This document shows, piece after piece, positions 17,094-27,525 of a stretch of 64,000 bases of DNA; positions within the stretch are counted from its first letter, which is position 1, and every line of letters begins with the position of its first letter. The stretch lies in NCBI GenBank assembly GCA_021734835.1, contig JAIPIH010000002.1, positions 141,979 through 205,978 of the forward strand. The letters run 5' to 3'. Below the pieces are notes generated by a model that was given only the letters and a program-made list of their open reading frames with translations, made no database searches and was not told where the DNA came from. A program made the position numbers and the translations under genes. Origin of the DNA: Candidatus Cloacimonadota bacterium. GTDB taxonomy: Bacteria > Cloacimonadota > Cloacimonadia > Cloacimonadales > TCS61.

Positions 17094-19171
17094 TGCAACA
17101 AAATAATAAAAAAGATAAAAACAAAAACCAATTTCCTAAAATGAAAAAACCACAGAAAATTACTTTTTGGATAGTTTTGATCTTACTGGTGATTGTAATG
17201 TTCCAGATCAGCAATATGGCAAATAGCAAAACGACCGAGATATCTTATTCCGATTTCTTAGAAATGGTTAAGCGCGGTGAAGTACTGGAAGTAGGTTTCA
17301 ATGAAAAGGACGTTAGTATTGTTAGTGTTGACGGTCAAAAATCTACAACCTATTTGCCGTTTAGGGATCCTGATCTTGTTAAAGAACTTACAACTTCAGG
17401 AATTCGAGTTTATTCTCAAAAACCAAATAAATTGATCGGTGTTTTGCTTTCATGGTTCCCCTTTATAATTTTCATTGGGATCTGGATATTTCTGATGCGT
17501 GGTATGCGTGGTGGAGCAAATCAAGCTTTTAGTTTTGGTAAAAGTAAAGCTAAATTAAATGCTGACGGAAAGACAAAGGTCACCTTTAAAGATGTTGCAG
17601 GAGTTGAAGAAGCCAAAGAAGAACTTGAGGAAATTGTAGAATTTTTAAAAGATCCTAAAAAATTCCAAAGGTTGGGTGGTCGTATTCCTAGAGGTGTGCT
17701 GTTACTTGGAAGACCTGGCACCGGTAAAACCCTTCTGGCCAAAGCTGTTGCCGGAGAAGCACAAGTACCGTTTTACAGTATCAGTGGATCTGATTTCGTG
17801 GAGATGTTCGTTGGCGTTGGCGCTTCACGTGTTAGGGATATGTTCTCAAACGCTAAGAAAACTGCTCCCTGCATAGCCTTTATAGATGAAATTGATGCAG
17901 TCGGCAGACATCGTGGCTCCGGACTCGGTGGTGGTCATGATGAAAGAGAACAAACACTGAATCAGTTATTAGTAGAAATGGATGGTTTTGATCCTAATGA
18001 TTCGGTTATTATTATAGCTGCTACCAACAGGCCTGATGTGCTTGATCCAGCTTTACTGCGTCCCGGACGATTTGATAGACAGATTATCGTTGATCTTCCG
18101 GATATTAAAGGCAGAGAAGCGATTCTAGTAGTTCATACCAGAAAATTACCTGTTTCCAAAGGAGTGAGATTAGATATAATTGCTCGGATTACACCCGGAT
18201 TCAGCGGTGCAGATCTGGCAAACCTTGTTAATGAAGCTGCTTTGCTTGCTGCCAGAAATGGTAAAAAGAAGATTGAAATGGACGATTTTGAAGAGGCAAA
18301 AGATAAAGTTACACTTGGGAAAGCCAGAAAAAGCAAAGTCATAACAGAAGAAGATAAAAAGATAACTGCTTATCATGAAGTTGGGCATGTACTTTGCTCT
18401 ATGTTTTTGGACAAAGTCGAACCGATTCACAAAGTTACAATCATCCCGCGTGGTTTTACCGGAGGAGCGACCCATTTCTTGCAAACTGATAAATCTTATT
18501 ATTCTAAATTGTATATGGAACAATCGTTGATCGGATTAATGGGCGGCAGATCAGCTGAAGAGATTATTTTTAAAGATGTTTCTACAGGTGCAACTAATGA
18601 TATTGAACGTGCTACTGATATTGCTAAACAAATGGTTTGTAATTGGGGCATGAGCGAAAAGGTAGGTCCCATTACTTTAGCTAAAAAACAAACACAAGTA
18701 TTTTTAGGTAGAGATATTTCACAACATGATCAACTCAGTGAAGCTACTGCAAATCTAATAGATCAAGAGATTAAAGTTATAATTACAAAAGCTCATAATA
18801 GAGCAATGGAAATTTTAAATGCTAAACGTGAATTATTGGTAACATTAGCAGAAAAACTTCTGATTAAAGAAACTTTGGAAGCGGAAGAAATATTTAAAAT
18901 TAGTCTTCCCTTTATTAGCGGTTCCGATAAAGACATAGTAGAAAAACAATTCAAGAAGATCCAAGCCATAAACAAGGAAATAGAGAAAGCCAAAGAAATA
19001 GCAAGATTGGAAGAAGAAAAAAAGAAAGCAGAAGCTAAAAAGAAAATGCAAAAAGAGATGGCTAAAAAAAAGGCAGCTGAAAAAGCGAAAAAAGAAGAAG
19101 ACGAGACAAAATCATCCGGTGATACTGTAAAAGCTGGTAAGGATATTAAGGATAACAAGGAAAAGAAATAG
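17093..19171 (+). CDS. ftsH: ATP-dependent zinc metalloprotease FtsH
   Basis: Walker [17 protein letters not shown] region and zinc motif HEVGH. Two N-terminal TM helices. Lys/Glu-rich C-terminal tail. Confidence 0.95.
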   Translation: MQQNNKKDKNKNQFPKMKKPQKITFWIVLILLVIVMFQISNMANSKTTEISYSDFLEMVKRGEVLEVGFNEKDVSIVSVDGQKSTTYLPFRDPDLVKELTTSGIRVYSQKPNKLIGVLLSWFPFIIFIGIWIFLMRGMRGGANQAFSFGKSKAKLNADGKTKVTFKDVAGVEEAKEELEEIVEFLKDPKKFQRLGGRIPRGVLLLGRPGTGKTLLAKAVAGEAQVPFYSISGSDFVEMFVGVGASRVRDMFSNAKKTAPCIAFIDEIDAVGRHRGSGLGGGHDEREQTLNQLLVEMDGFDPNDSVIIIAATNRPDVLDPALLRPGRFDRQIIVDLPDIKGREAILVVHTRKLPVSKGVRLDIIARITPGFSGADLANLVNEAALLAARNGKKKIEMDDFEEAKDKVTLGKARKSKVITEEDKKITAYHEVGHVLCSMFLDKVEPIHKVTIIPRGFTGGATHFLQTDKSYYSKLYMEQSLIGLMGGRSAEEIIFKDVSTGATNDIERATDIAKQMVCNWGMSEKVGPITLAKKQTQVFLGRDISQHDQLSEATANLIDQEIKVIITKAHNRAMEILNAKRELLVTLAEKLLIKETLEAEEIFKISLPFISGSDKDIVEKQFKKIQAINKEIEKAKEIARLEEEKKKAEAKKKMQKEMAKKKAAEKAKKEEDETKSSGDTVKAGKDIKDNKEKK

Positions 19172-19192
19172 TTCATTTGAGGTTTTTAAGAT

Positions 19193-19726
19193 ATGAAAAA
19201 TATGCACGGTACGACAATACTTGGCGTTAAGTTAGATGGAGAAGTAGTTATCGGAGGCGACGGGCAGGTTACTTTAGGAAATACCATAATAAAAGCAACT
19301 GCTCAAAAAATAAGAAGATTATATGATGATAACGTCATAGCCGGATTTGCCGGTGCTACTGCTGACGCTTTTACACTTTTTGAAAAATTTGAAGACAAAT
19401 TGAAAGAACATAAAGGCAACCTGAAGCGTGCTGCAGTTGAGCTGGCAAAAGACTGGAGATCAGATAAGATTCTGAGAAGATTGGAGGCCATGATAATAGT
19501 TGCAGACAAAACATCTCTTCTGCTTATTTCAGGTACAGGTGATGTTTTAGAACCTGATGAAGGAGTAGTTGCAATCGGATCGGGGGGAAATTATGCACTT
19601 GCCTCAGCAAAAGCTTTTATTATTGATAAAAAACTTTCTGCACGACAAATTGTAGAAAAATCTTTAAAAATTGCCTCTCAAATCTGCATCTATACTAATG
19701 ATCAAATCATGATTGAGGAACTTTAA
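19193..19726 (+). CDS. hslV: ATP-dependent protease subunit HslV
   Basis: N-terminal HGTTILGV with the catalytic Thr, and GSGGNYAL. 177 aa, directly upstream of hslU. Confidence 0.92.
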   Translation: MKNMHGTTILGVKLDGEVVIGGDGQVTLGNTIIKATAQKIRRLYDDNVIAGFAGATADAFTLFEKFEDKLKEHKGNLKRAAVELAKDWRSDKILRRLEAMIIVADKTSLLLISGTGDVLEPDEGVVAIGSGGNYALASAKAFIIDKKLSARQIVEKSLKIASQICIYTNDQIMIEEL

Positions 19727-21079
19727 ATGAAAAAATTCACACCTGTTAGAATAGTTGAAGAGCTTGATAAATATATTATTGGTCAGGAAAAAGCTAAAAG
19801 AGCAGTGGCAATTGCTTTAAGAAATCGGTGGAGAAGACAGCAGGTGGAAGGCGAATTACAACAAGAGATAATGCCGAATAATATCATTTTGATAGGACCG
19901 ACAGGTGTTGGAAAAACCGAGATCGCACGTCGTCTTTCAAGACTAGCAGGAGCTCCGTTCATAAAAGTGGAAGCTTCCAAATTTACTGAAGTAGGATATG
20001 TAGGAAGAGATGTAGAATCTATGATCCGAGAACTTATGAATATCGCACTGAATGATGTTAGAGTGGAGATGACAAAGAGGGTGCAGGTTCAGGCCAAAAT
20101 TAATGCTCGCAATCGCATTATTGACATTCTCTATCCCAAACCACCTGGAAATCCAAAAGATGATGCAGAAGAGACCAAGAAAAAAGAAGAAAGATATCAA
20201 CGAATCCGCTTGAAAATGGAGAAACTTTTTGATACAGGTGAATTAAATAACAGAGAAGTCGAGATATCTTCCGAAAGACATGCTGCTCATATTGAATTAC
20301 TCTCTCACACAGGTACTGAGAATTTTGAACTTCCAATCGGTGAGATACTAGGTGGATTACTGCCACGAAGACAAGGTGAAAAGAAGAAAAAAGTCAGAGT
20401 TGATAAAGCCTATAAAGTACTTATTGATGAAGAAGCAAGTAAACTTGTAAAACCGGAACTTGTAAAAGAAGAAGCAAAAAAGCGGGTTGAAAACAATGGC
20501 ATTATCTTTATTGATGAAATCGATAAAATTGCCGGTAACGAAAACCGCACGGGAGCTGATGTCTCACGTTCTGGGGTACAGCGTGATCTACTGCCAATTG
20601 TTGAAGGCTCGAACGTTCCAACAAAACAAGGTCTGATTAATACATCTCACATTTTATTCATCGCAGCAGGTGCATTTACTACATCAAAACCTTCTGACCT
20701 GATTCCGGAATTACAAGGAAGATTCCCTATTAGAGAAGAATTAAACAGTCTCACTAAGGATGATCTCAGAAAAATACTTCTCTATCCCAGAAACTCATTA
20801 ACTAAGCAGTATATAGCTCTGTTTAAAGCGGAAAATGTAAAATTAGCTTTTAAAGATGATGCCGTTGAAGCTATAGCCGATTTTGCTTCTAAAGCTAACA
20901 ACAAAATGGAAGATATCGGAGCAAGAAGGCTTCATACTATCATGAATTCACTTTTAGATGATCATCTTTTTAGCATGCCAGATCCTAAAATTAAAACTGT
21001 TACTATTACTAAGAATAAAGTTAATAAAAAACTTGATAAGATCATTAAAAACGAAGATCTATCGAAATATATTTTATAA
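19727..21079 (+). CDS. hslU: ATP-dependent protease ATPase subunit HslU
   Basis: LDKYIIGQEKAKRAVAIALRNRWRR, Walker A GPTGVGKTEIARRLA, Walker B IIFIDEIDK. Confidence 0.95.
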   Translation: MKKFTPVRIVEELDKYIIGQEKAKRAVAIALRNRWRRQQVEGELQQEIMPNNIILIGPTGVGKTEIARRLSRLAGAPFIKVEASKFTEVGYVGRDVESMIRELMNIALNDVRVEMTKRVQVQAKINARNRIIDILYPKPPGNPKDDAEETKKKEERYQRIRLKMEKLFDTGELNNREVEISSERHAAHIELLSHTGTENFELPIGEILGGLLPRRQGEKKKKVRVDKAYKVLIDEEASKLVKPELVKEEAKKRVENNGIIFIDEIDKIAGNENRTGADVSRSGVQRDLLPIVEGSNVPTKQGLINTSHILFIAAGAFTTSKPSDLIPELQGRFPIREELNSLTKDDLRKILLYPRNSLTKQYIALFKAENVKLAFKDDAVEAIADFASKANNKMEDIGARRLHTIMNSLLDDHLFSMPDPKIKTVTITKNKVNKKLDKIIKNEDLSKYIL

Positions 21080-21420
21080 TGAAGATAAACTCATATTCCT
21101 TTGGTAAGATCATTATCGATGATATGATTTATAATTCTGATATAATTATTTTTCCCGATCATATACAACAAAACTGGAGAAGAAAAAAAGGTCATCTCTT
21201 ACAAGTAGAAGATTTGGAAGCCATCCTGAAAATTGATTCCAATACAATTATAGTGGGCACCGGAGCCTATGGTCTTATGAAAATCCACCAGGAAGTTCTG
21301 GAAGAATTCAAAAATCGTAATATTAATTTTGTAGCAAATAAAACCGGTAAGGCAGTTGAAATGTATAACAAAATGTACTCTCATAATAATGTAAGTGCTT
21401 GTTTGCATTTAACTTGTTAA
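21079..21420 (+). CDS. Mth938-like (DUF498-like) small protein
   Basis: 113 aa. Pattern SYSFGKIIID....DIIIFPD....W......L..EDLE.IL....TIIVGTGAYG recalls the Mth938/NDUFAF3-like domain. TAATG overlap with hslU. Confidence 0.5.
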   Translation: MKINSYSFGKIIIDDMIYNSDIIIFPDHIQQNWRRKKGHLLQVEDLEAILKIDSNTIIVGTGAYGLMKIHQEVLEEFKNRNINFVANKTGKAVEMYNKMYSHNNVSACLHLTC

Positions 21421-21429
21421 TGAAGGATC

Positions 21430-22323
21430 ATGAAAAATATTTTTCTCTTATTAATTTTTTTTATGATTATACCTGTTTTTGCTCAAGTGATATCTTTTGA
21501 ATTACCAAATGTCGAACCCGTTATCTTGCAGCCTTTTGCCAAATTCGATTTTCCGGAGATAAATGAATCATCAGCAATAATTAAAAGTCGTGTTTGGGAT
21601 GATGTTTATTGGACACTTAACGATTCCGGTAATAATAACCGCATCTTTCCATTCAATTCAAAAGGAGAACTATACAGAGCAGAATGGTTTAAAAAAGCTG
21701 ATGGCGGCATTTTCATCAGTAATGCAGTGAATATTGATTGGGAAGAAATGGCGGTTGACAATAATGGAAACATTTATGTTTGTGATACCGGTAACAACTT
21801 CAATTCCCGGAAGGATCTAGCAATTTACGTCATTAGAGATCCGCTACCGTATGCAACAGAAAAAACTACAGCAATGAAAAAAATCATGTTCTATTACAGC
21901 GAGCAATCAGAATTTCCAGCAGAATCTATGAACTACGATTGTGAAGCTGTATTTTGGGCTCAAGACAATTTGTTTCTTTTGACTAAACACCGCTCAAATA
22001 ATGCTACTCAACTTTATCGATTTGACAATATTAAGGACCAAAAGATAAATCCACTAAAAAAACTAGGTGCTTTTGAAATTGATGGAATGGTCACAGCTGC
22101 TGATGCCTCTATAGATGGGACAAAACTGGCTGTTCTCACCTACAACAATGTCTGGGTCTTTGAATCTGAAGAACTTGATTTTTTCAATGGTAAGGTCAGC
22201 TGGCTTCCTATAAAAGCACAACAATGCGAAGGCCTTTGTTTTGACGGTAATCAGCTTCAGATAACAAACGAGCAAATGGAACTTTTCAGAATTCCTATTT
22301 CTGATCTTATTCCTCTGAACTAA
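21430..22323 (+). CDS. secreted hypothetical protein (beta-propeller-like impression)
   Basis: Signal peptide MKNIFLLLIFFMIIPVFAQ. Repeated beta-rich segments. No motif assignable. Confidence 0.55.
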   Translation: MKNIFLLLIFFMIIPVFAQVISFELPNVEPVILQPFAKFDFPEINESSAIIKSRVWDDVYWTLNDSGNNNRIFPFNSKGELYRAEWFKKADGGIFISNAVNIDWEEMAVDNNGNIYVCDTGNNFNSRKDLAIYVIRDPLPYATEKTTAMKKIMFYYSEQSEFPAESMNYDCEAVFWAQDNLFLLTKHRSNNATQLYRFDNIKDQKINPLKKLGAFEIDGMVTAADASIDGTKLAVLTYNNVWVFESEELDFFNGKVSWLPIKAQQCEGLCFDGNQLQITNEQMELFRIPISDLIPLN

Positions 22324-22970
22324 TGAGATATTATTTCATTTTTCTTCTTATCTTCCCTATCTTTAAATTAGAAAGCACAACAAACCATTATAAAATCTCC
22401 ATAGATGAAGTGGATTACTACTCCACTTTTTCATTAGAAGCAACTGATTCTTTATTACTTTATATCTATAATCACGATAATGAGGAGCAGATAAACTATT
22501 ATGATCCAGATGGATCAACCATTAAATTTACTTACATTGATCCTGATAAAAATATTAATATTAGGATCATAAAAAAAGATGATAAACTTATAATCAATTC
22601 TCAACATAACGATAGAGAAAAATATGAAGAAATCAAACTCGATAAAACATCATGGCAACAGTCTATGTCCTATTCTTTAGGTGAATTCGCTTTATCAGAT
22701 CAGAATGATACAGAATTTTTATTAGTCCGTCTCGATAATTTTGAAGCCGAGAAGATGAAAGCTGAAAGAATTGATATTGAAGAAATCACTGTTGCTGGTA
22801 AGGAATATTCTGCTGTCAGAATTAAAGTAAGAGCTGCTGGTATCAAATCATTTCTTTGGCATGGAACTTACTGGTTTAGAGATTCTGACGGTTTATTCTT
22901 GAGATATGAAGGTTTAAATGGACTGCCGGGTTCTTCTAAAACTATTATTGAATATTTAGATAAGGAGTAA
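22323..22970 (+). CDS. secreted hypothetical protein
   Basis: TAATG overlap with the upstream ORF. N-terminal hydrophobic signal. No family recognised. Confidence 0.5.
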   Translation: MRYYFIFLLIFPIFKLESTTNHYKISIDEVDYYSTFSLEATDSLLLYIYNHDNEEQINYYDPDGSTIKFTYIDPDKNINIRIIKKDDKLIINSQHNDREKYEEIKLDKTSWQQSMSYSLGEFALSDQNDTEFLLVRLDNFEAEKMKAERIDIEEITVAGKEYSAVRIKVRAAGIKSFLWHGTYWFRDSDGLFLRYEGLNGLPGSSKTIIEYLDKE

Positions 22971-22972
22971 AT

Positions 22973-23911
22973 TTGAAATCAAAAATAGAACATTACTCAA
23001 TAATCTTTAATCCTACAGCTGGAAAAGGTAAAGCTCAAAAAAAACTACCAATTATCAAACAATTTTTTTCTGATAACAAACTAAATTACTCACTACATAT
23101 AACTGAACGAATAGGACATGCCATAAATTTATCAGAAAGTTTATACAAAAAACCTAACTCAGCTGTTATAGCTGTCGGGGGTGATGGTACTGTAAATGAA
23201 GTGATCAATGGGCTAATGCTGTCAAAATCAAAAAACCCATCTTTATCACCCGTTTTTGGAGTGATAGCAGCTGGACGCGGGAATGATTTTGCTTTTGGAG
23301 CTGGTGTTCCTGAACAACTTGATAAATGCTTGGATCTAATGATCACAGGTGTGGTTAAACCATTGGATATTGGTTTGATCAAAGGCGAAAAATATCCTGA
23401 CGGTCGATATTTCGGAAACGGTATTGGAGTAGGTTTTGATACGATAGTTGGCCTGGAAGCTGCTAAATTAAAACATATCCACGGTGCTGCTGCTTATTTA
23501 TACAGCGCAATTAAAACTATCATCACATATCCTGAAGCACCACAAGTTGAAATGAGTTTAAATGAAATTCCGGGTACTTACACACCAATTCTAATTTCAA
23601 TAATGAATGGACGCAGAATGGGCGGCCAGTTTTTCATGGCTCCAGAAGCAGAAAATAATGACGGATTGCTGGATCTTTGTATGACAAAACAAGGTACCAG
23701 GTTAAAGTTATTAAAAACCATGCTGCATTATATGAAAGGTACTCAGAGTAAATTGGATAACACAGAAATTGCCAGGATAGCGAATATAAAAATAGAGGCA
23801 ATCAAAGGCGATATGGCCGTTCATGCTGATGGCGAAACATTTTGTGAGAAATGCAAAGCCTTGGAAATAGACTGTATTCCAAAAGGACTGAGCATTATAA
23901 CGGAAAAGTGA
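22973..23911 (+). CDS. diacylglycerol-kinase-family lipid kinase (YegS/DagK-like)
   Basis: TTG start. Motifs NPTAGKGKA and GGDGTVNEV are typical of the DAGK catalytic domain. Confidence 0.8.
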   Translation: MKSKIEHYSIIFNPTAGKGKAQKKLPIIKQFFSDNKLNYSLHITERIGHAINLSESLYKKPNSAVIAVGGDGTVNEVINGLMLSKSKNPSLSPVFGVIAAGRGNDFAFGAGVPEQLDKCLDLMITGVVKPLDIGLIKGEKYPDGRYFGNGIGVGFDTIVGLEAAKLKHIHGAAAYLYSAIKTIITYPEAPQVEMSLNEIPGTYTPILISIMNGRRMGGQFFMAPEAENNDGLLDLCMTKQGTRLKLLKTMLHYMKGTQSKLDNTEIARIANIKIEAIKGDMAVHADGETFCEKCKALEIDCIPKGLSIITEK

Positions 23912-23912
23912 T

Positions 23913-24593
23913 TTGAAATTATCAGAAACAATAGCAAATAAAATAATAAAATTGATCTTAAAGATTATTTGCAAAGTTGATTCCACCGAACTCAAGAAAA
24001 TACCTGATAAAGGCCCTTATATAATTGCAATTAATCATACAAATTTTTTAGAAGTTCCAATTTTTTATACCTTTTTACAGCCAAGAAAAGTTATTGGTAT
24101 TGCCAAAAGGGAAACCTGGGACAATAAATTTTCCAGATGGCTGGCAAATTCCTGGGATGCAATTCCTTTAGATAGAGAAGGAGCGACAGTTGAAGCATTT
24201 CGTAAAGCTTATAAAGCATTATTAAATAGCTACTTTCTGGTTATTGCCCCAGAAGGAACACGCAATAAAACTGGGAGATTGCGAGAAGCTAAATCAGGTA
24301 TTATCAGTATAGCAATAAAAGCTAATGTTCCAGTTATTCCTGTTGCTCATTATGGTGGTGAAAAGCTGGCTGCTAACCTTAAAAGAATAAAAAGAACACA
24401 ATTTACTATTAAAGTTGGTCAACCAATTATTCTTAATACGCTGGAGAGGGTAGATCAAGCGAAAAGGAAATATTTTGTAGATCAGCTAATGTACAGGATT
24501 GCTGAATTGTTACCAAAAAAATATAGAGGTGCTTATGCCGAAATCGGATCTATAAGCAAAAAAGATATAAATGACTGGAGGATTGATGAATGA
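23913..24593 (+). CDS. plsC: 1-acyl-sn-glycerol-3-phosphate acyltransferase-like (PlsC family)
   Basis: TTG start 1 nt after the lipid kinase stop. Acyltransferase block I NHTNFLE (HX4E variant of HX4D) and block III APEGTR. Confidence 0.7.
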   Translation: MKLSETIANKIIKLILKIICKVDSTELKKIPDKGPYIIAINHTNFLEVPIFYTFLQPRKVIGIAKRETWDNKFSRWLANSWDAIPLDREGATVEAFRKAYKALLNSYFLVIAPEGTRNKTGRLREAKSGIISIAIKANVPVIPVAHYGGEKLAANLKRIKRTQFTIKVGQPIILNTLERVDQAKRKYFVDQLMYRIAELLPKKYRGAYAEIGSISKKDINDWRIDE

Positions 24594-24930
24594 AATTATT
24601 GCTGCCTGCGGACTGATCTGCAGTGAATGTAATGCTTATAAAGCAACTATAAACGATGATATGAACTTGCGGGAAAAAACTGCTGAGTTCTGGTCAACAA
24701 TATACGGATCAGATATCGCCACTGAAGATATCAACTGCCTAGGCTGCCTTACGGACGGGATAAAATTTTCACATTGTAAATTTTGTGAAATCAGAAAATG
24801 TTGTGAAATTAAAGGTCTGCCTAACTGTGCACATTGTCCTGAATACAGTTGTGATAAATTGTATGAACTGTTCCAACATGTTCCAAAAGCAAAAATTGTC
24901 CTAGATAGTATAATATCTAATATTAAATAA
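24586..24930 (+). CDS. Cys-rich small protein, DUF3795-like
   Basis: N-terminus IAACGLICSECNAYKA plus further CxxC and C..C clusters resembles the DUF3795 pattern. ATG at 24586 is preferred over 24571. Confidence 0.55.
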   Translation: MNEIIAACGLICSECNAYKATINDDMNLREKTAEFWSTIYGSDIATEDINCLGCLTDGIKFSHCKFCEIRKCCEIKGLPNCAHCPEYSCDKLYELFQHVPKAKIVLDSIISNIK

Positions 24931-26116
24931 ACTCTTTAATTCGCTCAAGATTTTGTTTTGCCAGATCAAAATCGGGATTTTTACTGATACAAGTATTAAG
25001 TAATTCAGCAGCTTTTCCGTATTCTTTCTCATCGATGTACATTGAAGCAAGATTATTCAATGTTTTTGGTTCTGTTGGAGCTTCATTCAATATTTCTTGA
25101 TACAGTTTTTTAGCCTGATGCATCTTTGCCTTTGAATGCATTAATAGAGCATAATTATACTTTGCTTCGATAAAGGCGGGATCCAGAATCACAGCTTGTA
25201 AAAAGTGAATCTCAGCCTTTTTGGAGTTCTTTAAATAAGTGTAATATATGCCCCAATAATATTCAAAATCTGATGACATTAAATAGATGTTGGCGTATTT
25301 AGATAGGAGATCAAAAGCTTTTGAAGTCTCATTTTTTGAAAGTAACACGGCAACTTGCTGGAGTGCTTCCTGTTCGCTATTAATTAAATCCAGACTACCG
25401 GCAATTATCGATTTGAGAATCCATTTCTCATTATCTAGTTGTAAATTTATCGTAAGATCATACTTATTATTGATATCAAAATAAACAAGTGCATTATTCC
25501 TTTCCTTATTTAAAGCTGATGATACCAAATCAAAATTACTGATTTTCTTCAATATTTTATGCGAAGCGATAAATTTACTAAATTTGTCTATTAGATTGTT
25601 AGATTCAAGATATTGATATTGCGGCATTGATTTAACTAATTCATACCATTCGTTTGTATATAGAAGCTGCATAATATCTTCAGCTTTATCTTCGTAGGAA
25701 AGCTGTCTAGAAACTACTTCAAGATCATCGAGGTTAAGCCTTTCTTTTATGTATTTTAGTGGTACTATTGGATTGATTTTAAATTGTTTCAAATACGCTA
25801 TGATCTTTTGTTTACCTTCCTCTGATTCTGCTAGTGTGAAAGGTATCTGATCTGCAAAGACCTTTTGCGGTTTATTTATCCATAAAGTCATCTGAACTTT
25901 TAACACGTCTATGTATTCGCTTTGAGAATCTGTTTTAGCTCTCAAACTCATAATTCCATTACTCTTCACACTATACTCACAATCATCAGGACATTTTTGA
26001 TCAACTCTTATGTTATTACAATCGTGCCAGCAAATCTCTGCTCCATTCCGCATACAGAATCTGGTACCGGTTCTGGCATTACAGATAAAACATTTTTTCT
26101 TTTTGAAAAAACTCAA
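24923..26116 (-). CDS. TPR-repeat protein with N-terminal Cys-rich region
   Basis: The N-terminus has about 8 Cys (CFICN...FC...CWHDC...CPDDC). C-terminal TPR-like repeats (YYWGIYYTYL, AKYNYALLM, LNNLASMY). ATGA overlap with nadE. Confidence 0.65.
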   Translation of the reverse strand: MSFFKKKKCFICNARTGTRFCMRNGAEICWHDCNNIRVDQKCPDDCEYSVKSNGIMSLRAKTDSQSEYIDVLKVQMTLWINKPQKVFADQIPFTLAESEEGKQKIIAYLKQFKINPIVPLKYIKERLNLDDLEVVSRQLSYEDKAEDIMQLLYTNEWYELVKSMPQYQYLESNNLIDKFSKFIASHKILKKISNFDLVSSALNKERNNALVYFDINNKYDLTINLQLDNEKWILKSIIAGSLDLINSEQEALQQVAVLLSKNETSKAFDLLSKYANIYLMSSDFEYYWGIYYTYLKNSKKAEIHFLQAVILDPAFIEAKYNYALLMHSKAKMHQAKKLYQEILNEAPTEPKTLNNLASMYIDEKEYGKAAELLNTCISKNPDFDLAKQNLERIKEFI

Positions 26117-26892
26117 CTTTTCTCCTCTAGCCTATTAAGAACCGGAGGCATAATCCGCTTAAATTCTGATTTTAAAATCATTTGCTTTACTTTATTAACC
26201 ATTTGTTCAGAAAAAATTGAGATAAGTTTCTTATCATTTACCCTTTTATCTAACATTAAATGAAGAATCTCATCAAGATTAACATAAGTAATTCCCATCT
26301 CTTCTTCATCGGTTTGCCCTTCCCAAAGATCTGCTGTTGGTTTTTTTGAAATTATCTCTTCGGGAAGTTTCAGGTATTTTGCTAATTCGAACGTTTCAGT
26401 TTTATAAAGATGACCAATAGGTTCGAAGGCACAAGCGTTATCCCCATATTGCGTACTATATCCGATCATAAGTTCAGATCTGTTTCCTGTTCCTGCTACT
26501 AGCGCATTATATTTTGCAGAGTGATCATAAAGAACACTCATTCGTATGCGTGCCATAAAGTTTCCTTTCCTCAGGTTATCAGCTTCTTGTTCCTCATCTT
26601 TATAATAGTTATCTACCATAGGACTAATATCTACTTTTCGAAATTTGACATTAAGATGTTGAGCAACGATGATGGCATCGGCCAAACTGGCAGGATCACT
26701 ACTACGATACGGCAGCATTAAACCGTAAACTTTATCATTTCCAAGCGCTTTTGCACATAATGCTGCTGTTACTGATGAATCCAGACCTCCGGACAGTCCC
26801 ACAACAACCATTTTTTTCTTAGCATAACTCAATTGTTTCTTGATAAATTCTGTAATTCTTTCAATCTCCTGCAACTTATCCTGCTTAAACAT
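26113..26892 (-). CDS. nadE: NH3-dependent NAD+ synthetase
   Basis: PP-loop GLSGGLDSS and the size (259 aa) are typical of NadE. Confidence 0.88.
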   Translation of the reverse strand: MFKQDKLQEIERITEFIKKQLSYAKKKMVVVGLSGGLDSSVTAALCAKALGNDKVYGLMLPYRSSDPASLADAIIVAQHLNVKFRKVDISPMVDNYYKDEEQEADNLRKGNFMARIRMSVLYDHSAKYNALVAGTGNRSELMIGYSTQYGDNACAFEPIGHLYKTETFELAKYLKLPEEIISKKPTADLWEGQTDEEEMGITYVNLDEILHLMLDKRVNDKKLISIFSEQMVNKVKQMILKSEFKRIMPPVLNRLEEKS

Positions 26893-27102
26893 ATTACCTC
26901 TTACAATTTAGATTTATTGATTTCTGAATAGTGAATTTCTGCGTCAAGTATTTTAACTCAAGAAATTAAAAACAGTTAACAAAATTAGCGATAATCTGCT
27001 TGACAAGAGGCTTCTAAATAGAATTTTCGTTATGTCATCATAATACATTAGCATCATGTTACTTCCATATTTTGGATTGTCTAAAATAATTTTGGAGGCT
27101 TT

Positions 27103-27525
27103 ATGAAAGTTTTAGTATGGGATAAAGAGAAATGTATTGGCTGCCGAACTTGTGAAAAGGTTTGTTCCCAAACATGGTTCAAAGAAGAGAATAGAGACAA
27201 GTCGCGTATTAAGATAACTGAGACTGAAAATGGATTTGAAAGTAACTTTTGTAATCAATGCGGGGAGTGTATTCTGGTTTGTCCTGTCGAAGCACTAACC
27301 CGTAATGCAAAAGGTATCGTTAGATTAAATGACAAGACTTGTGTAGGCTGTTTATCGTGCGTAGGATTTTGTCCTTCCCAATCGATGTTTATTGCCAAAA
27401 CCGAACCAAAGCCATTTAAATGTATTTCTTGTGGAGTTTGTGTAAAGAATTGCCCGTCAGGAGCTCTCGCCTTACAAGAACTACCCGAACCATTGGAAAA
27501 AGTATTTTACAGGAGGCACTTCTAA
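27103..27525 (+). CDS. poly-[4Fe-4S] ferredoxin (AOR electron-transfer partner)
   Basis: Four Cys cluster motifs: CIGCRTCEKVC, CNQCGECILVCP, CVGCLSCVGFCP, CISCGVCVKNCP. TAATG overlap with the AOR gene. Confidence 0.85.
   Translation: MKVLVWDKEKCIGCRTCEKVCSQTWFKEENRDKSRIKITETENGFESNFCNQCGECILVCPVEALTRNAKGIVRLNDKTCVGCLSCVGFCPSQSMFIAKTEPKPFKCISCGVCVKNCPSGALALQELPEPLEKVFYRRHF

Noticed and set aside
18170-19176. Several antisense ORFs opposite ftsH (18170-18523, 18793-19176, 18845-19051)
   Set aside because: They are generated by the AAG/GAA-rich coding strand of the FtsH tail and AAA domain, and FtsH itself is unambiguous. The same reasoning applies to the other short antisense or alternate-frame ORFs in the track, for example 1143-1355, 2636-3016, 6400-6696, 16897-17229, 25922-26263, 28814-29631, 35771-36158, 46135-46458, 54272-54613 and 60308-60900.
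24923-24930. 8-bp overlap of the 3' ends of convergent genes (DUF3795-like, plus strand; TPR protein, minus strand)
   Set aside because: It is a real feature of the sequence but trivial. No hairpin or regulatory element is evident, and it probably reflects genome compaction.
26893-27102. Possible Moco/Tuco riboswitch upstream of the AOR operon; also a TPP riboswitch near the ThiF/ThiS-like genes
   Set aside because: The 210-bp leader is almost entirely A/T, with none of the GC-rich conserved helices of those riboswitch classes. The ThiF/ThiS-like genes have no leader because they overlap upstream genes.
27420-27524. N-terminal extension of the AOR ORF in the ORF track (start at 27420)
   Set aside because: It overlaps the 3' end of the ferredoxin gene in another frame. 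The ATG at 27525 has a perfect AGGAGG SD and a TAATG junction, and the extension peptide has no AOR-like sequence.
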